Positions 60,429 to 64,000 of a stretch of 64,000 nt of DNA are shown piece after piece; the stretch's first letter is position 1, and the number at the start of each line of letters is the position of its first letter. Below the pieces are notes generated by a model that saw only the letters and a list, made by a program, of their open reading frames with translations, did no database searches and was not told the origin of the DNA. The translations under genes were made by a program, and so were the position numbers. This stretch comes from an uncultured candidate division Zixibacteria bacterium (GTDB lineage Bacteria; Zixibacteria; MSB-5A5; GN15; FEB-12). The DNA is taken from contig OY760907.1 in the NCBI GenBank assembly GCA_963664195.1, forward strand, positions 512,001 to 576,000, given 5' to 3'.

Positions 60429-60635
60429 TTACCCCTGGTTAGGATCGCGATAGCGTTCTTTCTTGACTGTTTGCATCATATCGAGAAGTTCTTCGGCCGT
60501 GATGAGTTTCTTCTCGATCAGCAGACGCACGAGCGCTTCCTGAGCCATATTGTTGGACAGGGCCAGCTCCTGATAGGTTACGTCGCGCTCCTGGCCGTCG
60601 ACAATCATTTTCATCGCAACATCTTTATCTGCCAT
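60429..60635 (-). CDS. Small hypothetical protein
   Basis: GAGAGG RBS; ALVRLLIEKKLITAEEL. Confidence 0.7.
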   Translation of the reverse strand: MADKDVAMKMIVDGQERDVTYQELALSNNMAQEALVRLLIEKKLITAEELLDMMQTVKKERYRDPNQG

Positions 60636-60730
60636 TTTCCCTCTCCGTTTCGTCAAACGATAGCTTTGTCAACATCTGTGCGCACACAACGGTCGCGGTT
60701 CTTATACGCTCCAACTTCGTTGGGATGGGA

Positions 60731-62527
60731 TTACTCTTCGGTAACCGTCGATGCAGCCGCGGCCTCGCCAAGGTACTCTGCGCCGCCGTCGACAACACGA
60801 TACAGTGGCAATTCGACATTCTCGCGATTGGCCCCAAAAGTAAGCGTGGCAGCCGCACCCTGGAATCCGCTGATTCGGCTCAACTGCGCGACCAACTCCG
60901 TCCGGGTCCCGCCGCCGGACCTGACCGCCACAGCTATAACGCGAACAGCATCGTAGCCGAGACTGGCCAAACGCTGGGGCTGTTTTCCATACCGACGGTC
61001 ATACGCCGCGGCAAACTTGACGTACTCCGGGCTAACCCGTTGTTGGAGGAACGGCGACGGAAACACGGCCTGCTTGGTGACATTGTCGCTCAAACGATAC
61101 ACCGCATCGTCGCCCCAACCATCGGAGCCAAGATACGCGCCCTTGAGGTTGTAGAAATTTATCTGCGGCAGCAACAGGCGAAGCTGACTGGCTTTGCCGG
61201 GCAGGAAGAGACAATCGACATAAGCCGGAACACCCTCGGCATCGAGCGTGTCGCCCCGTTCATCAACAAAAAACGATGAGTCCGGGTGGATCCCCAGAAG
61301 CAGCGCCTTGATATCGCGAATGTAAGTGCCGAAATCCGTATCTCGTGAGCGATAGTACTCGGTGGCAATCACGGTTCCGCCTAGCTCCTCGAATCGTTGA
61401 GTGAACGCGCGAGTCATCCGAAGGTCATCGGCACCGGTTGGTGTTATTATCGCGGCAGAGTCGGCCTTGAGATTAAGCACCGCGTAGTCGGCCATCTGGA
61501 TTCCCTGCAATTCGACGTTTGGCGAAAGCTGGAAACAGCTCTCACTCAGCAAGGTCAAACCGGCCTGTGTGGCCGCAGGGGCAAGCATCGGAAGCGTCTC
61601 ACAACTGAGCACGGCCGAACCGACCGCAGCTTCTTCAGATGTCAGCGGGCCGATGACAGCATCCACAGAAGAATGGATCAACTCGCGGATAATACGTCCG
61701 GCGTTGATAGCATCCCCTTTGGTGTCAAACGGCACCAGGTTGATCGAGCCGCCGGTTTCCTGTCGATAGGCTTCCGCAGCGACAATCGCGCCGTTATAGA
61801 TTTCCTCGCCGAACGATTGCAGTTCTCCGGAGAACGGCAACACCACCCCAATTTCCAGATCGCCGCCCCGCGAGGAGTACTGAGACATATCAACCCCGGG
61901 CACCTCGAGCGTCTCACCGCAAAGGGCCATCAAATCCTTGGCCGGTCCGTATGCCTTGCGGGCCACCAGCGACTGACTGAGGCGGGAAATGAATTCACAT
62001 CTCTCGACCTGCGGCAGGGATTCGAAATCCGCGTGGCCGAGGGTCACAGACTTAGCGCCGGCGATTGTCCCCGCCAGTGAACTGATAATCAGATCGCTGA
62101 GTCGGCTGTCCTGAGAGAAACGATACGCCTGAACGTACGCGGCCACCGCCCTGTCCAGTTTCCCTTTCAGGAATTGCGTATTGCCGAGGAAGAAATACCC
62201 GTGAGCCAGATTCGGCGACTTCGTATATCGTCGGGTGAAATCCGAAAAGGTCGCCTGGGCTTCATTGAAATTACCGAAATAAAACTCGGCTTTGCCCCGA
62301 TTAAAAACAAAGAGATCCATGTTGGGCGAATCGGGATAACGTCCGGCCAACTCGAGGAACACACGGGAGGCCTCAAGGTAACTGCCTTCGCGAAGCAGCC
62401 GCTTGCCTTTGGCATACTCCGAGACAACCTCGGGAAGATCGTCCAGGGATTCGCAGAAGGCCGACATACCACCAACAAAGAGAAACACCAACATCAGGGC
62501 GGCGATCCACCGCAGGGATTTACTCAA
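60731..62527 (-). CDS. TPR plus periplasmic-binding-fold protein (LpoA/LppC-like PBP activator)
   Basis: Signal peptide, TPRs, IGVVLPFSG, AVIGPL, LGYDA and FQGA motifs. Confidence 0.85.
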   Translation of the reverse strand: MSKSLRWIAALMLVFLFVGGMSAFCESLDDLPEVVSEYAKGKRLLREGSYLEASRVFLELAGRYPDSPNMDLFVFNRGKAEFYFGNFNEAQATFSDFTRRYTKSPNLAHGYFFLGNTQFLKGKLDRAVAAYVQAYRFSQDSRLSDLIISSLAGTIAGAKSVTLGHADFESLPQVERCEFISRLSQSLVARKAYGPAKDLMALCGETLEVPGVDMSQYSSRGGDLEIGVVLPFSGELQSFGEEIYNGAIVAAEAYRQETGGSINLVPFDTKGDAINAGRIIRELIHSSVDAVIGPLTSEEAAVGSAVLSCETLPMLAPAATQAGLTLLSESCFQLSPNVELQGIQMADYAVLNLKADSAAIITPTGADDLRMTRAFTQRFEELGGTVIATEYYRSRDTDFGTYIRDIKALLLGIHPDSSFFVDERGDTLDAEGVPAYVDCLFLPGKASQLRLLLPQINFYNLKGAYLGSDGWGDDAVYRLSDNVTKQAVFPSPFLQQRVSPEYVKFAAAYDRRYGKQPQRLASLGYDAVRVIAVAVRSGGGTRTELVAQLSRISGFQGAAATLTFGANRENVELPLYRVVDGGAEYLGEAAAASTVTEE

Positions 62528-63018
62528 AGCTCGTATTTCCCGAAATCCTCAGGATTGATGTTCTTCAATCGCTCCCGCAGCGATTCCCGATCTGTCGGCA
62601 TCGACGGCATCTCCGGTGTCCCCTCGGCTGTTGCCTCGAACAGCGCGGCGTTGACGAAGATGGGCGCTTTGGTCTTCAGCGCCAGGGCGATGGAATCTGA
62701 CGGCCGCGCGTCGATGGCCTGCTCGCCACCGTTCTTGGACAAATACACAACCGCGAAGAACGTTTGTTCACGCAGTTCCGTGACTTCGATCCGAAGGACC
62801 TCAGAGCCTAACCCGTCGACGATCCGTTTCATCAGATCGTGGGTCAGAGGCCGGTTGGAGCCAACCCCGGAGAGTTCCATAGCGATCGCCCACGCCTCAG
62901 CATGACCGATCCAGATCGGGAGCACTTTGTCAAGACCGGACGGCGACAGTATGACCACAGGCGTATTGGTGGTCATATCCAGAGCCAGTCCCTCCAGTTG
63001 GACCTCTAACATTTCCAT
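62524..63018 (-). CDS. Bifunctional nuclease family protein (DUF151)
   Basis: LPIWIG, RPLTHDL and IDARPSDSIALA motifs. Confidence 0.93.
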   Translation of the reverse strand: MEMLEVQLEGLALDMTTNTPVVILSPSGLDKVLPIWIGHAEAWAIAMELSGVGSNRPLTHDLMKRIVDGLGSEVLRIEVTELREQTFFAVVYLSKNGGEQAIDARPSDSIALALKTKAPIFVNAALFEATAEGTPEMPSMPTDRESLRERLKNINPEDFGKYEL

Positions 63019-63022
63019 GTTC

Positions 63023-63469
63023 TTACGACTTCTTGGCTACCCAGAGTTTGACATTGGCGATCACATCCTTGTCGACCTTGATCGGCACGGTGAAAACGCC
63101 AAGCGCCTTAATCGGCTCTTCAAGCTGGATCGCACGCTTGTCAACGGTAACACCGTTTTCGGCCAGCAACGCAGCAATATCACCGTTGGTGATCGAACCG
63201 TACAACTTGTCTTCTTCGCCTACCAGAACCTCGGCTGAGAGTTCCAGCTTCTCGATGCGATCCTTGACCAGTTCGGCACCACGACGGGCCTTCTTCTCGC
63301 GAATGTCCTTCTGCTTGGCGATTTCGCCGATAGCCTTCAGGTTCGCTTTGGTGGCCGGGATCGCCAGATTACGCGGCATAAGGAAATTGCGGCCGTAGCC
63401 GTCCTTCACCTCAACCGTCTGCCCGGCTTCGCCGAGAGACTCAACATCTTCGCGCAATATAACTTTCAT
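63023..63469 (-). CDS. rplI: 50S ribosomal protein L9
   Basis: MKVILREDV...VKDGYGRNFL, KLYGSIT and PIKALG. Confidence 0.97.
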   Translation of the reverse strand: MKVILREDVESLGEAGQTVEVKDGYGRNFLMPRNLAIPATKANLKAIGEIAKQKDIREKKARRGAELVKDRIEKLELSAEVLVGEEDKLYGSITNGDIAALLAENGVTVDKRAIQLEEPIKALGVFTVPIKVDKDVIANVKLWVAKKS

Positions 63470-63499
63470 CTTATCCTCTCCTAACAGTATACACAACAA

Positions 63500-64000
63500 C
63501 TATATCTTCTTCAAGTCCTCAGAGCCTTCCGACGTTTTCCGCCAGTCGGCATAACTGTCAATCAACCCGAGCATGACCACGGCTAAGTAGCCAATCAACC
63601 CGGAAAAAGTGAGCATCACGTAAAACAGGATTCTCGAAAAAAGAGGCAGTCTAATCCTGCTCAAAAAGTGCTCCGTAAGTGACAGTCCGGTCACACAATA
63701 AAACACCGACAACGCCGCCAACACATTGTCCGCTACCAGCGCAAAGATTTCCCCGCCGATGAGCTTGACGAGTATCGTCACGATCACCACCGGTGTCAGC
63801 GCAAAAGGCATCTTCCAAAGGTTAAACGGGCGAAGCCGCCCCACGATTGCACCGTCGGGCACGCCTCTCCAGAGGAACCAGAGGAAGCCGATTGAATATT
63901 GTGTTACCAAGTTCATAACAGTCGCCACGGGCATCAGGCGTGTGACCCATCTTGCCATCGAGTCAAACCGGCTCATCGTGGTCTCGATCACGTCCTGACT
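63500..64000 (-). CDS. YybS/DUF2232 family membrane protein (5' part outside window)
   Basis: Hydrophobic, with GLS and LGLIDSYADWRK; usual position upstream of rplI. Confidence 0.8.
   Translation of the reverse strand, partial: SQDVIETTMSRFDSMARWVTRLMPVATVMNLVTQYSIGFLWFLWRGVPDGAIVGRLRPFNLWKMPFALTPVVIVTILVKLIGGEIFALVADNVLAALSVFYCVTGLSLTEHFLSRIRLPLFSRILFYVMLTFSGLIGYLAVVMLGLIDSYADWRKTSEGSEDLKKI

Overview
This is a GC-rich bacterial chromosome segment. Gene content (DUF1573, DUF4846, patatin-Omp85, many prepilin genes, short GyrB, YybS-rplI) suggests an FCB-related diderm such as candidate Zixibacteria; that placement is inference only. Most of it is housekeeping: tadA, pyrK-pyrD-pyrF, a sirtuin, GH57, mlaD, rsgA, secA, nnr, lon, ychF, nfo, sppA, a TrmH methylase, dciA-gyrB, rplI and tRNA-Ser(CGA). 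There are two minor-pilin clusters, an ECF sigma/anti-sigma pair, three tandem paralogous small beta-barrel proteins, and several REP-like palindrome families in intergenic spaces. The most interesting area is 52-56.6 kb. It holds a three-gene candidate defence island (HEPN, membrane protein, PD-(D/E)XK nuclease) and a promoter- and terminator-bounded, rod-like candidate ncRNA of about 210-250 nt. It also holds small unknown genes behind sigma54-type promoters with a shared upstream CCATA/TATGG motif, which recurs before the second pilin operon. Other oddities: two genes split by an in-frame TAG in the same CGGCTAGGA context, a probable CTG start codon, a long Q/P/E-rich tail on PyrF, and a 58-bp tandem repeat next to the tRNA. 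No CRISPR, integrase or transposase was found. All family calls come from motif recognition by eye, not database searches.
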